A stretch of 64,000 nucleotides of DNA from an uncultured Alphaproteobacteria bacterium (GTDB taxonomy: Bacteria > Pseudomonadota > Alphaproteobacteria > Rhodobacterales > Rhodobacteraceae). Location: contig CAWCXF010000007.1 in the NCBI GenBank assembly GCA_963799455.1, forward strand, positions 99,221 through 163,220, given 5' to 3'. Shown here piece after piece: positions 9,872 through 19,642 of this stretch (the stretch's first letter is position 1; every line of letters begins with the position of its first letter). The translations under genes were made by a program, and so were the position numbers. The notes below the pieces were generated by a model, which worked only from the letters and a program-made list of their open reading frames with translations, searched no databases and was not told where the DNA came from.

Positions 9872-11428
9872 TTGCGCGGGCAGTCCGGTTCGCAACCAGA
9901 CACAAAGGGCTTTGTTCACGTGGTCGCACTCGTCAAAACGGTCGCTTATCTCGGGCTGGAGGCGCGCAGCGTCGAAGTGCAATGCCAGGTTGCCGCCGGG
10001 ATGCCGCGTTTCACGGTGGTCGGCCTGCCCGACAAGGCCGTGGGTGAAAGCCGTGAGAGGGTGCAGGCGGCATTGGCGGCGATGGGTCTGGCCCTGCCGC
10101 CCAAACGCATTACCATCAACCTCTCGCCCGCCGATCTGCCCAAGGAAGGGTCGCATTACGACTTGCCGATTGCGCTCGCGCTGTTGGCGGCGATGGGAGT
10201 GACCGATGCCGAGCAGTTGGGCGACTGGATGGCCGTGGGCGAGTTGTCGCTGGACGGGCGCGTGGTGGCGTGCCCCGGCGTATTGCTGGCGGCGATGCAT
10301 GCCAGCGGCGCGGAATGCGGATTGATCTGCCCGGCCGCGCAAGGGGGCGAGGCCCGTTGGGCAAGCGGAGTGCCGGTGCTGGGCGCGCCCGATCTGGCGA
10401 GCCTGCTCAATCACCTGAAGGGCACGCAGCAATTGCCGCAACCGGCAATGGGCGAGGTAGAGGCCGCCGCGCACGGTCCCGATCTCAAGCAGGTAAAGGG
10501 GCAGGAAACCGCCAAGCGTGCGCTGGAGATTGCCGCTGCCGGTGGTCACAATCTGTTGATGGTCGGCCCTCCGGGCGCTGGCAAGAGCCTGCTCGCCTCG
10601 TGCCTGCCCGGCATCCTGCCGCCGCTTTCGTCTGCCGAAGCGCTCGAGGTGAGTATGGTGCAATCGGTTGCCGGTATGCTGGAAGAAGGGCGCATCAGCC
10701 GCGCTCGGCCCTATCGCGCGCCGCATCATTCCGCCTCGATGGCCGCGCTGACCGGGGGCGGTTTGAAGGTCAAGCCGGGCGAAGTCAGTCTGGCCCACCT
10801 GGGCGTGCTGTTTCTTGACGAGTTGCCGGAATTCCAGCGACCGGTGCTCGATTCGCTGCGGCAACCGCTGGAAACCGGCCATGTCGATGTCGCTCGCGCC
10901 AACGCTCACGTTACGTTCCCGGCCCAGGTGCAATTGGTGGCAGCGATGAACCCGTGCCGTTGCGGCCATCTAGGCGATCCTTCGCTGGCGTGTTCGCGCG
11001 CTCCGCGATGCGCCGCAGACTATCAGGGTCGCGTTTCTGGACCGCTGCTGGACCGGATCGATCTGCACGTCGAAGTCGATCCGGTCAGCGCCGCCGATCT
11101 TGCCTTGCCCCCGTCGGCCGAAGGCAGCGCGCAGGTCGCATCGAGAGTTGCGGCTGCCCGGGCGGTGCAGACCGAACGCTTCGCCGATACCGGCGCGCGG
11201 TCCAATGCCGAACTCGACAATGATGCGCTCGACAAGGTGGCACAACCGGATCAGGCCGGACAGGCCTTGTTGATGCAAGCGGCAGAAGCGATGCGGATGT
11301 CGGCGCGTGGCTATGTGCGGATGCGGCGGGTCGCAAGAACCATCGCCGATCTGGCCGGATCGCAGAATGTGGGACGCCTTCATGTTGCCGAGGCGCTGAG
11401 CTACAGGCGGCAGGCGCCGCGCGCCTGA
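9872..11428 (+). CDS. comM: YifB/ComM-family Mg-chelatase-like AAA ATPase
   Basis: Lon-protease-like N-terminal domain, Walker A GPPGAGKS, MCM/chelatase-type core, C-terminal ComM domain. Confidence 0.8.
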   Translation: MRGQSGSQPDTKGFVHVVALVKTVAYLGLEARSVEVQCQVAAGMPRFTVVGLPDKAVGESRERVQAALAAMGLALPPKRITINLSPADLPKEGSHYDLPIALALLAAMGVTDAEQLGDWMAVGELSLDGRVVACPGVLLAAMHASGAECGLICPAAQGGEARWASGVPVLGAPDLASLLNHLKGTQQLPQPAMGEVEAAAHGPDLKQVKGQETAKRALEIAAAGGHNLLMVGPPGAGKSLLASCLPGILPPLSSAEALEVSMVQSVAGMLEEGRISRARPYRAPHHSASMAALTGGGLKVKPGEVSLAHLGVLFLDELPEFQRPVLDSLRQPLETGHVDVARANAHVTFPAQVQLVAAMNPCRCGHLGDPSLACSRAPRCAADYQGRVSGPLLDRIDLHVEVDPVSAADLALPPSAEGSAQVASRVAAARAVQTERFADTGARSNAELDNDALDKVAQPDQAGQALLMQAAEAMRMSARGYVRMRRVARTIADLAGSQNVGRLHVAEALSYRRQAPRA

Positions 11429-11513
11429 TCGGGCTATTCACTTGCGGGCAATACGGTAGAAGCCAAGGCTGCGACTGGACCGCGCCGCTGCGGCAGTCAC
11501 CCTGACAGGCCAG

Positions 11514-12296
11514 ATGCGACACGAAATCTCTGACACTGCAGACCAGCCGTCAGGCTATGGCGGAGTGGATGCTCCGGGACGATGGCGGACGCGAGCACTT
11601 GCCATTGCAGTGGCCGTCGTCATCGAAGGTTTGTTGCTGCTGGCCTTACTCACGCTTGGCAGCAGAGGCGGATCTGAAGGGGCCGATGCCCGAGATATCG
11701 TGGCTTTCACGCTAGAGGACGAGGCAACCGACCCCGCCGAGCCTGAAGCCGCGCCAGAGCCAGCGGTCCTGCCCGCCCAAACGGTCCCGGTGGTCCGGCC
11801 CGTTCCTGTGCCGGAGGCCGCAGCCGATTTGGCTTTGCCAGAGCGGCGCGAGATTCCGGCGCTTGTTACCGTGCCGGCAGACACTCTGGCCAAATCAGAC
11901 ATCACACCGGGCGCAACCGCCGCACCGCCTGCGCGCATTTATGGTCCCGTAGACAGCGGAGCATCGTCGGGCGACAGCGAACGGGTCGGCACGGCGCCCA
12001 ATGGAGAACCGATGTATGCCGCCCGCTGGTACCGCGAACCGACGCGGGCCGAGTTGGCAGGCTATCTTTCCACCGCGTCCCCGCCCAGCCGGGCATTGAT
12101 CACGTGCCGCACCGTTTCGGAATTCCGGGTGGAGGATTGCGTGCTGCTGGAGGAATGGCCGCGTGGCTCTGACATCGGGCGGGCGGTGCTGGCGGCAACC
12201 TGGCAGTTCAAGGTGCGACCACCACGCATTGGCGGACGCTCCCAGGTCGGGTCCTGGGTGCGGATCAGGATCGATTACACGGTAAACCGTCGCTAG
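11514..12296 (+). CDS. energy transducer TonB-family protein
   Basis: N-terminal transmembrane helix, Pro/Ala-rich spacer, C-terminal TonB-like domain. Confidence 0.55.
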   Translation: MRHEISDTADQPSGYGGVDAPGRWRTRALAIAVAVVIEGLLLLALLTLGSRGGSEGADARDIVAFTLEDEATDPAEPEAAPEPAVLPAQTVPVVRPVPVPEAAADLALPERREIPALVTVPADTLAKSDITPGATAAPPARIYGPVDSGASSGDSERVGTAPNGEPMYAARWYREPTRAELAGYLSTASPPSRALITCRTVSEFRVEDCVLLEEWPRGSDIGRAVLAATWQFKVRPPRIGGRSQVGSWVRIRIDYTVNRR

Positions 12297-12311
12297 GTCT
12301 GATTACATTTG

Positions 12312-12650
12312 TCACTCTTCCCGGCGGAAAAGGGGGACGGCGTCCCACCACATCGCGTAGCTGGAATTCCTGGCCAGCTTGCGGTTCTCGTCGGGTGCAC
12401 CATCGTCCCACCAGACCGGGCCACGTTCACCCAAAGCGACCTTGGCCAGATGAACTTGCGAGCGCGCGATCTCTTCCGCTGCCGGATCTGCGGCCCTTTT
12501 GGCGGCGCCCACACCTCGCCGCGCATCCATCAATTGCTTGACCAGCGCCGACCGCTCGGTTTCGGACAATGCGGGATTGCTCGTTCGCCATAATCGCCCG
12601 CGCACCACGATGTAACGATCGTCGGGAGTACGCAGAACCCCGGTTTCGGT
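12312..12650 (-). CDS. small conserved hypothetical protein (start uncertain)
   Basis: C-terminal ~110 aa of ORF 12312..12983 looks protein-like (GERGPVWWDDGAPDENRKLARNSSYAMWW); upstream part overlaps hxlR in another frame. Confidence 0.3.
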   Translation of the reverse strand, partial: TETGVLRTPDDRYIVVRGRLWRTSNPALSETERSALVKQLMDARRGVGAAKRAADPAAEEIARSQVHLAKVALGERGPVWWDDGAPDENRKLARNSSYAMWWDAVPLFRREE

Positions 12651-12681
12651 GTCTTTCGGCTCCGCGATGGCGTGACGCCCG

Positions 12682-13182
12682 TCAGGCGGAGGCAATCTGC
12701 GCTGCCGAACCGCTATCGGTGATCCCCACCTGATCCGGTGTCGTGAAGTGCAAATCGGAATGGTCCAGCACCCGCCCGTCATGGGCAAGGATCGAGACCT
12801 GGCCGATGGGCATACGATCACGGTTATCGACCAGGACAGGATTTTCGGCAATTTCGTTGCCGTATCTTTGACCCCACTGCCGCAGCGCCAGCATTGCAGG
12901 CAAGAGATCCCTTCCCTTGCCTGTGAGGCGGTATTCGATCTTGCGACGATCATCGGCGCATGATTGCCGCTCAAGAATGCCATGCTCGACCAGACGGCTG
13001 AGCCGGTTCGACAGGATATTGCGGGCGATACCCAGTTCGCTGAGAAATTCCTCGAAATGGCGCAGCCCGTTAAAGCTGGCGCGCAGGATCATGAACGACC
13101 AGCGTTCGCCCATCGCTTCCAATGCCTGAGGCAAGCCGCACTCGCATAATTCACGCAGTGGTTCGCGCAATTTGCCCATCAA
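12682..13182 (-). CDS. HxlR-family (MarR-like) transcriptional regulator
   Basis: CxxC...WSFMILR...HFEEF...GI..NILSNRLSRLVEHGIL winged-helix signature. Confidence 0.8.
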   Translation of the reverse strand: MMGKLREPLRELCECGLPQALEAMGERWSFMILRASFNGLRHFEEFLSELGIARNILSNRLSRLVEHGILERQSCADDRRKIEYRLTGKGRDLLPAMLALRQWGQRYGNEIAENPVLVDNRDRMPIGQVSILAHDGRVLDHSDLHFTTPDQVGITDSGSAAQIASA

Positions 13183-13329
13183 GAATCCCCTTCGGCACCC
13201 TCATAACCGCAAAGAGCGACGAGTCCAAATATATCAGTTTCGGGTTGCAACCTATCTCGAACCAATATAGGTAGTGATTCGCAACTGGTATTAATCAGCA
13301 ACCCAAATTGATCGCAAAGGATCTCCACC

Positions 13330-13662
13330 ATGCTGCAGACATTCAAGATCGTGAAACCCCTGGCTCTGGCAGTCGTCGCGGCTGGTTCACTCCTGACGGC
13401 GACATTTGCGGTGCCTGCCCCTGCGCGCGCTGCTGATGAGCCATTCTATGTGGCCGAGCTGGCCGGTACTACCGCCAAGGACCGTGTCATATCCGACGGA
13501 ACAGCCTGGGTGTGCGGTCCAACCAAGTGCATCGCGGCCAAAACCCGGGCGCGGCCATTGCGCGTGTGTCGGGGACTTCACGGCAATGTCGGCACCATCT
13601 CGTCATTCATCGTGGATGGCGAGGCGATGTCAGCCGAACAGTTGGCAAAGTGCAACGCCTGA
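13330..13662 (+). CDS. small secreted hypothetical protein
   Basis: 110 aa with a signal peptide and conserved cysteines. Confidence 0.45.
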   Translation: MLQTFKIVKPLALAVVAAGSLLTATFAVPAPARAADEPFYVAELAGTTAKDRVISDGTAWVCGPTKCIAAKTRARPLRVCRGLHGNVGTISSFIVDGEAMSAEQLAKCNA

Positions 13663-13708
13663 TCAAACCACTCCCTGCGCTCCGACCGTTCATGGATCGC
13701 AGCCCTTG

Positions 13709-13741
13709 GCCCCCGACCTATCCGCGTCGGGGGCTTTTTCT
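13709..13741. terminator. bidirectional rho-independent terminator between convergent genes
   Basis: GCCCCCGAC-ctatccgc-GTCGGGGGC stem-loop followed by TTTTTCTT. Confidence 0.55.
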
Positions 13742-13747
13742 TGAGGA

Positions 13748-14398
13748 TCAGGCAATCGCGCTCTCGAGGAGCCCTCGATGGCAAAAGTCCTGTTCAAGCT
13801 CGGCGGCACCGCCAACGAAATGATGCACCTGCCAGCCGCACCGCGATGCAGCAGTAATGTTGCCACCATTGTCGTCAATAAACAGCATCGTACTGGCAGG
13901 ATGGCCAAACCTTTTCTCGGCAATCGCGAATATGGCGGGGTCGGGTTTGATCAGTCTTTCCTCACCCGACACCACCACGTCGCGAAAATGCGAGAACAGC
14001 GCATGGCGCGGGCGAAATCTGGCCCAGAACTCCGCTCCGAAATTGGTGATGGCATACAGGGGCACGTTGCGCGCAGCCAGTCGCTCGATCAGTTCAGGCA
14101 CACCGGCCACATAGCCGGGAATGCTTTCTTCGAACCTGTCAGCGTAAGCGGCAATCACCGCCGCATACTCGGGATATTCACGCGCGCGCTCGGCCACCAT
14201 ATCGCCAGGAGGCCGTCCGGCGTCGGTCTGGGCGTGCCATTGTTCGGTAACCACCGTTGAGCAGAACCAGTCCAGCTCTTCACGGTTCTCGATCAGCTTG
14301 CCAAATATCAGGCGAAGATCCCATTCGACGATGACGCGCCCAATGTCGAAAACGACGGCCTCGATGGTGGTTGCCCGCAATTCGCATCCCCCGGACAT
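13748..14398 (-). CDS. HAD-family hydrolase
   Basis: Motif I VVFDIGRV, ITNFG, and FIDDN motif IV. Confidence 0.7.
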   Translation of the reverse strand: MSGGCELRATTIEAVVFDIGRVIVEWDLRLIFGKLIENREELDWFCSTVVTEQWHAQTDAGRPPGDMVAERAREYPEYAAVIAAYADRFEESIPGYVAGVPELIERLAARNVPLYAITNFGAEFWARFRPRHALFSHFRDVVVSGEERLIKPDPAIFAIAEKRFGHPASTMLFIDDNGGNITAASRCGWQVHHFVGGAAELEQDFCHRGLLESAIA

Positions 14399-14478
14399 GC
14401 AAAAGCCCCCGCTATTGCGGAGGCTTTGCTGGCGTCAGTAAGACAAATGACCGCGACGAATCGCGGCATTCAGCGTCG

Positions 14479-14604
14479 TCAGCCCTGGCGGGCCTTGAAG
14501 CGCCGGTTCGTCTTGTTGATCACGTAGGTGCGACCACGACGGCGAATCACGCGGCAGTCGCGATGGCGGTTCTTCAGCGACTTGAGGCTGTTGCGGACTT
14601 TCAT
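14479..14604 (-). CDS. rpmJ: 50S ribosomal protein L36
   Basis: Manual translation [41 protein letters not shown]; below the ORF-track cutoff. Confidence 0.8.
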   Translation of the reverse strand: MKVRNSLKSLKNRHRDCRVIRRRGRTYVINKTNRRFKARQG

Positions 14605-14697
14605 CGATCAATCTTTCGGTAATGTGTTGCGCGGCCCAGATGGATATCCGGGGCGCTGAAATCAAGGCGCGGCCACTAGGCGGCACGCCTCTTCAAG

Positions 14698-15738
14698 TCA
14701 AGCGCTGTCGCCCTTTTCGCCCGCTCTGATGGCGTCCAGCTTGCGCTCCCATTGCAGAGCATGGCCAATGATGGTGTCGAGATCGGCAAAGCGCGGCTGC
14801 CACGGCAAGGTTTCGCGAATACGTGAAGGATCGGAGACCAGTTCGCCCGCATCACCCGGTCGACGCGGCTGCATGTCACGTTTGACTTCACGATTGGTGA
14901 CCCGGTCGACCGAATCGAGCACTTCGAGCACAGAGAAACCCCGTCCGTAACCGCAATTCATGGTCAGCGAGCGATCGGGCTGCTCAATCAGTGCCTCCAG
15001 CGCGAGAACGTGCGCCGCCGCAAGGTCGCTGACATGGATGTAATCGCGCACGCCGGTGCCATCCTCGGTATCGTAGTCGGTGCCGTAGACTGCCACCTTG
15101 TCGCGCTTGCCCAGCGCCGCCTCGCACGCCACCTTGATGAGGTGCGTGGCCCCGGCGGTGGATTGCCCGGTGCGCCCACTCGGGTCGGCCCCGGCAACGT
15201 TGAAATATCGCAGCGCGCAGTAATTGAGATCGTGAGCAAAAGCAGTGTCGCTCAGCATCTGCTCCGTCATCAGTTTGGACCAGCCGTAAGGATTGATCGG
15301 TACGGTCGGCGTGTCTTCTGTAACCCGTTCCACCGCCGGCATTCCATAGGTCGCCGCGGTCGAGCTGAAGATCATGTGCGGGACGCCTGCGGCAACCACC
15401 GATGCCATTAAAGCCCGGCTCTTTACGGTGTTGTTTTCGTAATACTTGAGCGGATCGTCGACCGATTCGGGCACAACGATCGACCCTGCAAAATGCATGA
15501 CGGCTCCATTGCCTTGTCCCATGCCTTGTTCGGCAAAGATGCGCGCCAGCAGGTCTGCATCGGCAATATCGCCTTCATACACGGGCACGGCTTCGGGTAT
15601 GGCAAAGCGAAATCCGGTCGAAAAATCGTCGATGACGGCGACCGGCCAGCCCGCATCCTTCAATGCAAGAACGGCATGGCTGCCGATGTATCCGGCACCC
15701 CCGGTTACGAGGACGGGGCATTTGGTTGTCAGGTTCAT
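14698..15738 (-). CDS. galE: UDP-glucose 4-epimerase
   Basis: VLVTGGAGYIGSH Rossmann motif, YxxxK (PYGWSK) catalytic motif, GalE C-terminal region. Confidence 0.85.
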   Translation of the reverse strand: MNLTTKCPVLVTGGAGYIGSHAVLALKDAGWPVAVIDDFSTGFRFAIPEAVPVYEGDIADADLLARIFAEQGMGQGNGAVMHFAGSIVVPESVDDPLKYYENNTVKSRALMASVVAAGVPHMIFSSTAATYGMPAVERVTEDTPTVPINPYGWSKLMTEQMLSDTAFAHDLNYCALRYFNVAGADPSGRTGQSTAGATHLIKVACEAALGKRDKVAVYGTDYDTEDGTGVRDYIHVSDLAAAHVLALEALIEQPDRSLTMNCGYGRGFSVLEVLDSVDRVTNREVKRDMQPRRPGDAGELVSDPSRIRETLPWQPRFADLDTIIGHALQWERKLDAIRAGEKGDSA

Positions 15739-15849
15739 GGAACAGGCCGCTAGCAGAAACGTCGTATGGGTGGGAGAACCTTTTCGCCGCAAAACCTTAG
15801 GATTTCGTGAGGTTTTAACGCCAGAAGCGTCCCCAACAGGAGAGAACCG

Positions 15850-16449
15850 ATGCGTAGTCCAATCCGCCTATCCCTCATTGCCATCACGGCTGGCCTGCTG
15901 GCCGGTTGCACCGCACCTTCGGGCCCGGTCGAAGTGACACGCTTTCATGATGCCGGTGCTCTGAACACCATCGGCGAAGGCAACTTCTTCGTCGATAGCG
16001 CGCCGGGCCTTGGCGATTCGCTCGAAATGGCACCATACAAGGCAGCCGTCGCCTCGCGGCTCGCCGCCTTGGGATACACTGAGAGCGGGCGCGGCGATGC
16101 CCGCTATATCGCTCAGGTCGATGTGGAGCGCTATCGTCTTGCCAGCAACGGCCGCCGCTCACCTGTCAGCGTTGGCGTGGGCGGATCGACCGGCGGATAC
16201 GGCTCGGGTGTCGGCCTTGGTATTGGCATCAATCTGGGGGGTAGCGGCGAGCGGGTAGGCACTGACCTGTCTGTGGTCATGCGCGAGGCGTCTTCTCAAC
16301 AAAGCGTTTGGGAAGGCCGCGCGTCGTTTCAGGTATCGCCCAAATCCGATCTTGCCGATGCCGCCGCAAACGCTGCTGTCATGACTGACGCACTATTTGC
16401 ACAATTCCCTGGCAACAGCGGCGAGACGGTGGAAGTTTCGGTGGACTAG
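15850..16449 (+). CDS. Gly-rich lipoprotein
   Basis: Lipobox LLAGC followed by a Gly-rich central segment. Confidence 0.45.
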   Translation: MRSPIRLSLIAITAGLLAGCTAPSGPVEVTRFHDAGALNTIGEGNFFVDSAPGLGDSLEMAPYKAAVASRLAALGYTESGRGDARYIAQVDVERYRLASNGRRSPVSVGVGGSTGGYGSGVGLGIGINLGGSGERVGTDLSVVMREASSQQSVWEGRASFQVSPKSDLADAAANAAVMTDALFAQFPGNSGETVEVSVD

Positions 16450-16488
16450 GCCTAGGCGCGCGGGCGACACATTAACCAAGGAGCAAGC

Positions 16489-17628
16489 GTGGGTCATATC
16501 CATATCGATACCAGGTTCGACAGTGGCAACATCGACGTTATTGCGATCGACGGTGCCAAGGCGCGGCTTCGTCTGCGAAAAGATCACTTGTCCGAATTCG
16601 CCCAGTGGTTCCATTTCCGCGTCAGTGGCAGCGCTGGCTGCGAACTGGAACTGAAAATCGAAGGTCTGAACCAAAGCGCCTACCCGCAAGGGTGGCCGGG
16701 CTATAACGCCTGTGTGTCCGAAGATCGCGAGTATTGGGGCCGGGCTGCGTCCAGCTTCGACAAGAACGAAGCCGACGGCACACTCACCATCCGCTATACG
16801 CCCGCCAGCGGCATCGCCTGGTTCGCCTATTTCGCGCCTTATTCGATGGACCGACATCACGATCTGGTCGCCGAAGCTGCGGCCAGCGAAGGCGTCGCGT
16901 ACAAGCGCCTTGGCCAAACGCTCGACGGGCGACCGCTTGACTGCCTTGAGATGGGCGACGGGGACAAACAGGTCTGGCTTTATGCCCGCCAGCATCCCGG
17001 TGAAAGCATGGCCGAATGGTGGATGGAAGGTGCGCTGGAGGTGCTGACCGATCCGAGCGATGCCACAGCGCGTTCGCTGCGCCAGCAATGCCGGTTCCAT
17101 ATCGTGCCGAATTGCAATCCTGACGGATCGGCGCGAGGGCACCTGCGAACCAATGCGGTGGGCACCAATCTCAACCGGGAATGGGCCGAACCCAGCGCGG
17201 AAAAATCGCCCGAAGTGCTGGCTATTCGCAATGCGATGGATGCAAGCGGCGTGGATTTCGCGATGGATATCCACGGCGACGAGGCCATTCCGGCCGTTTT
17301 CCTCGCAGGGTTTGAAGGCATTCCCTCGTGGACAGACGATCAGGGCGAGGCGTTCTATCGCTATCAACGTATTCTTGACCGGCGCACACCCGATTTCCAG
17401 ACCTCCAGAGGCTATCCGAAATCGGCTCCGGGTACCGCCAATCTGACGATCTCGACCAATCAGGTGGCCGAACGGTACGGATGTCCGGCAATGACCCTGG
17501 AAATGCCGTTCAAGGACAATGACGACCTGCCTGATCCAGAGCAGAACTGGTCGCCCGAACGCTGCAAGCATCTGGCCCGCGAATGTCTTGCCGCTCTTGC
17601 GGAATGGCTGCAAACAAAAGCGAGTTGA
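16489..17628 (+). CDS. M14-family zinc carboxypeptidase
   Basis: HPGE zinc-binding motif and a downstream His/Glu pattern typical of M14 peptidases. Confidence 0.7.
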   Translation: MGHIHIDTRFDSGNIDVIAIDGAKARLRLRKDHLSEFAQWFHFRVSGSAGCELELKIEGLNQSAYPQGWPGYNACVSEDREYWGRAASSFDKNEADGTLTIRYTPASGIAWFAYFAPYSMDRHHDLVAEAAASEGVAYKRLGQTLDGRPLDCLEMGDGDKQVWLYARQHPGESMAEWWMEGALEVLTDPSDATARSLRQQCRFHIVPNCNPDGSARGHLRTNAVGTNLNREWAEPSAEKSPEVLAIRNAMDASGVDFAMDIHGDEAIPAVFLAGFEGIPSWTDDQGEAFYRYQRILDRRTPDFQTSRGYPKSAPGTANLTISTNQVAERYGCPAMTLEMPFKDNDDLPDPEQNWSPERCKHLARECLAALAEWLQTKAS

Positions 17629-17797
17629 ATGACGGAGCCGCTCGCCGGCCACGACATCCCACGACAAACTTTCAGCGACGCCTGCAGGGCCGCTTCCTAT
17701 TGCGGCTGGCCGATCCAGTGGCAGACCGCCGCTCAATGCGTGCCAAGCCATGCTTGAGTGTCGGGGCTTGAGTGTCGGGGCCGCCGAACAGGATCGC

Positions 17798-18238
17798 TCA
17801 GGTCAGGCTTGCCGGGCCGAAGGCGTGAGGCAGCAGGTCGGACAACTTCACTTTCTGAACCCGGTCGGGCGCCACGCACAGGATCACGGGATCGGTCCCG
17901 CCCAGTTGCGCCAGCTCGTTCAGGACCTGCCGGCAGCGGCCGCAAGGTGTGATCGGCTCGCCCCCGCCCTTGTCGTCCGGTCCCGTGACAGCGACCGCGA
18001 CCAAACCACCGCGCCGCCCATCGGTCATCGCTTTGCCCACTGCGACCGTTTCGGCGCACAGGGCAAGGCCATAGCTGGCATTTTCGATATTGGTGCCGGT
18101 TACGATTGTGCCGTCAGCAAACAGCAAAGCTGCGCCTACGGCATACCCGGAATAGGGCGAATAGGATTGCGCGCCCGCCGCTCGTGCGGCCTCGATCAAT
18201 GCGGTTTCGCGCGCATCCATTGCCTCGTCTCCTGCCAT
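17798..18238 (-). CDS. cdd: cytidine deaminase
   Basis: CAE zinc motif (LCAETVAVGKA) and PCGRCRQ. Confidence 0.75.
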   Translation of the reverse strand: MAGDEAMDARETALIEAARAAGAQSYSPYSGYAVGAALLFADGTIVTGTNIENASYGLALCAETVAVGKAMTDGRRGGLVAVAVTGPDDKGGGEPITPCGRCRQVLNELAQLGGTDPVILCVAPDRVQKVKLSDLLPHAFGPASLT

Positions 18239-18948
18239 CACGGTTGCACGACAACCCAGCCGATCGGGTCGTCGCTTGCCACGGTTCGCAACCGGCTGTT
18301 GGCCGTCCATAACAGCCACGGCCTGCCACCATAAGCAGGTTCCGCCCAGTCCTGCGAAAGCCACAAATTGCGCTCGATCCGGGCAGCGATGCCATAAGTC
18401 CGCTCGAATGTCCGGTCGGTCTTCAACAAGACGGGGCGCCCGCTGTGGATTTCGATCTGGTTGATCAACGTCATCAACTCGCTTTCTACCGCAGCCTCGC
18501 TGACCCTTACCGCACAATCGTCGGCCAGCCGGTCGAGTGCGATGGCAGGCGGCAACAGGCGCGCATCGCGCGGCACCATCGTCACAAAATTGGCTGATTG
18601 CTCATCTGCAGAAACACAGGGGTCAAAGCGGTGCACCACCCCGACTTGAAGTGCGATTTCGCGTGCGGCTTCAAAATTGGCGGCAAAGCTGGGATCGCGG
18701 GCATCGCCGCCGTCGCTTGCGTCGAGATAGACGAACCCGGCACCCAGCGCGCGCAGCGTGCGAAAGTTCACCTCACCCGACGCCTCGCCCACCAGCGCGC
18801 CCTGATCGGGATACACCTGCGAATCCGGGGTCCAGTGGAGACCGCGCCACCACAGATAGCCCGCCCCTGTCACCGCGAGCAGCACGATAATGGCGAATAC
18901 ACGCCGCAGCCACCCGCGCCGCTTGCCCGATTTTCGTCCGCGCGCCAT
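18238..18948 (-). CDS. GH25-family lysozyme / muramidase
   Basis: N-terminal transmembrane anchor then a GH25 catalytic region (FVYLDASDG...DPSF). Confidence 0.65.
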   Translation of the reverse strand: MARGRKSGKRRGWLRRVFAIIVLLAVTGAGYLWWRGLHWTPDSQVYPDQGALVGEASGEVNFRTLRALGAGFVYLDASDGGDARDPSFAANFEAAREIALQVGVVHRFDPCVSADEQSANFVTMVPRDARLLPPAIALDRLADDCAVRVSEAAVESELMTLINQIEIHSGRPVLLKTDRTFERTYGIAARIERNLWLSQDWAEPAYGGRPWLLWTANSRLRTVASDDPIGWVVVQP

Positions 18949-18954
18949 CAGGAT

Positions 18955-19476
18955 CTATCCCTTGACGTGCAGCACGCAGATAAGCGTGAACAGACGCCGG
19001 GCCGTAGCGAAGTCGGTTTCAATCTTGCCTTCAAGCCGCTCTATCAAAAGCTCTGCTGCGCGGTTGTGGATGCCGCGCCGCGCCATGTCGATGGTTTCGA
19101 TCTCGGCTGCCGTTGCCTGCCGGATGGCCTGGTAATAACTGTCGCAGATAGCGAAATATTCGCGGATCGGACGACGGAACCGGGCAAGTCCGAGAATAAG
19201 GGTTTCCAGCGCGGCGCCCGCCTCGGTTTCGATGGTCAGGACCAGCCGGCCGTCACGGACTGACAAAGCCACCTGATAGGGGCCGTTATGACCGGCCGAT
19301 GCGGCGCGCAACGGCTTGAATACGTTTTCTTCGATCAGATCGAAGATGGCAACGCGCCGTTCCTGTTCGATATCGGCGTTTCGCCAGATAATCGTTTCCT
19401 CATCCAGCGTGACCGCAACGATGCGATGGCTTTGCAGCAGAGCGGATTCGCCATTCAAGGGAGTGGGATCAGACAT
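18955..19476 (-). CDS. UPF0262-family protein
   Basis: Conserved alphaproteobacterial UPF0262 pattern (IVAVTLDE...VAIFDLIEEN). Confidence 0.55.
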   Translation of the reverse strand: MSDPTPLNGESALLQSHRIVAVTLDEETIIWRNADIEQERRVAIFDLIEENVFKPLRAASAGHNGPYQVALSVRDGRLVLTIETEAGAALETLILGLARFRRPIREYFAICDSYYQAIRQATAAEIETIDMARRGIHNRAAELLIERLEGKIETDFATARRLFTLICVLHVKG

Positions 19477-19642
19477 TGGCTGGGTATGCCTTCGCAGAAA
19501 TACAGGGCACAGCACAAGGGCTGTGAGCCATGCGGTCGGGCGGGCACCGAGGTTCGTCCCCACTATCCACAAGGTCGCGTTCAATCATTCGCACCAGCAC
19601 GGCTTGCCAGTCGACCAGCATGACGCCACTAACCCGATACCG

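Noticed and set aside
9815-10969. 384-aa ORF antisense to comM
   Set aside because: Same GC-driven antisense artefact; the comM frame is the conserved one.
16393-17751. 452-aa ORF antisense to the M14 carboxypeptidase gene
   Set aside because: Arg/Gly/Ala-rich translation typical of a spurious open frame on the opposite strand of a high-GC gene; no domain signature.
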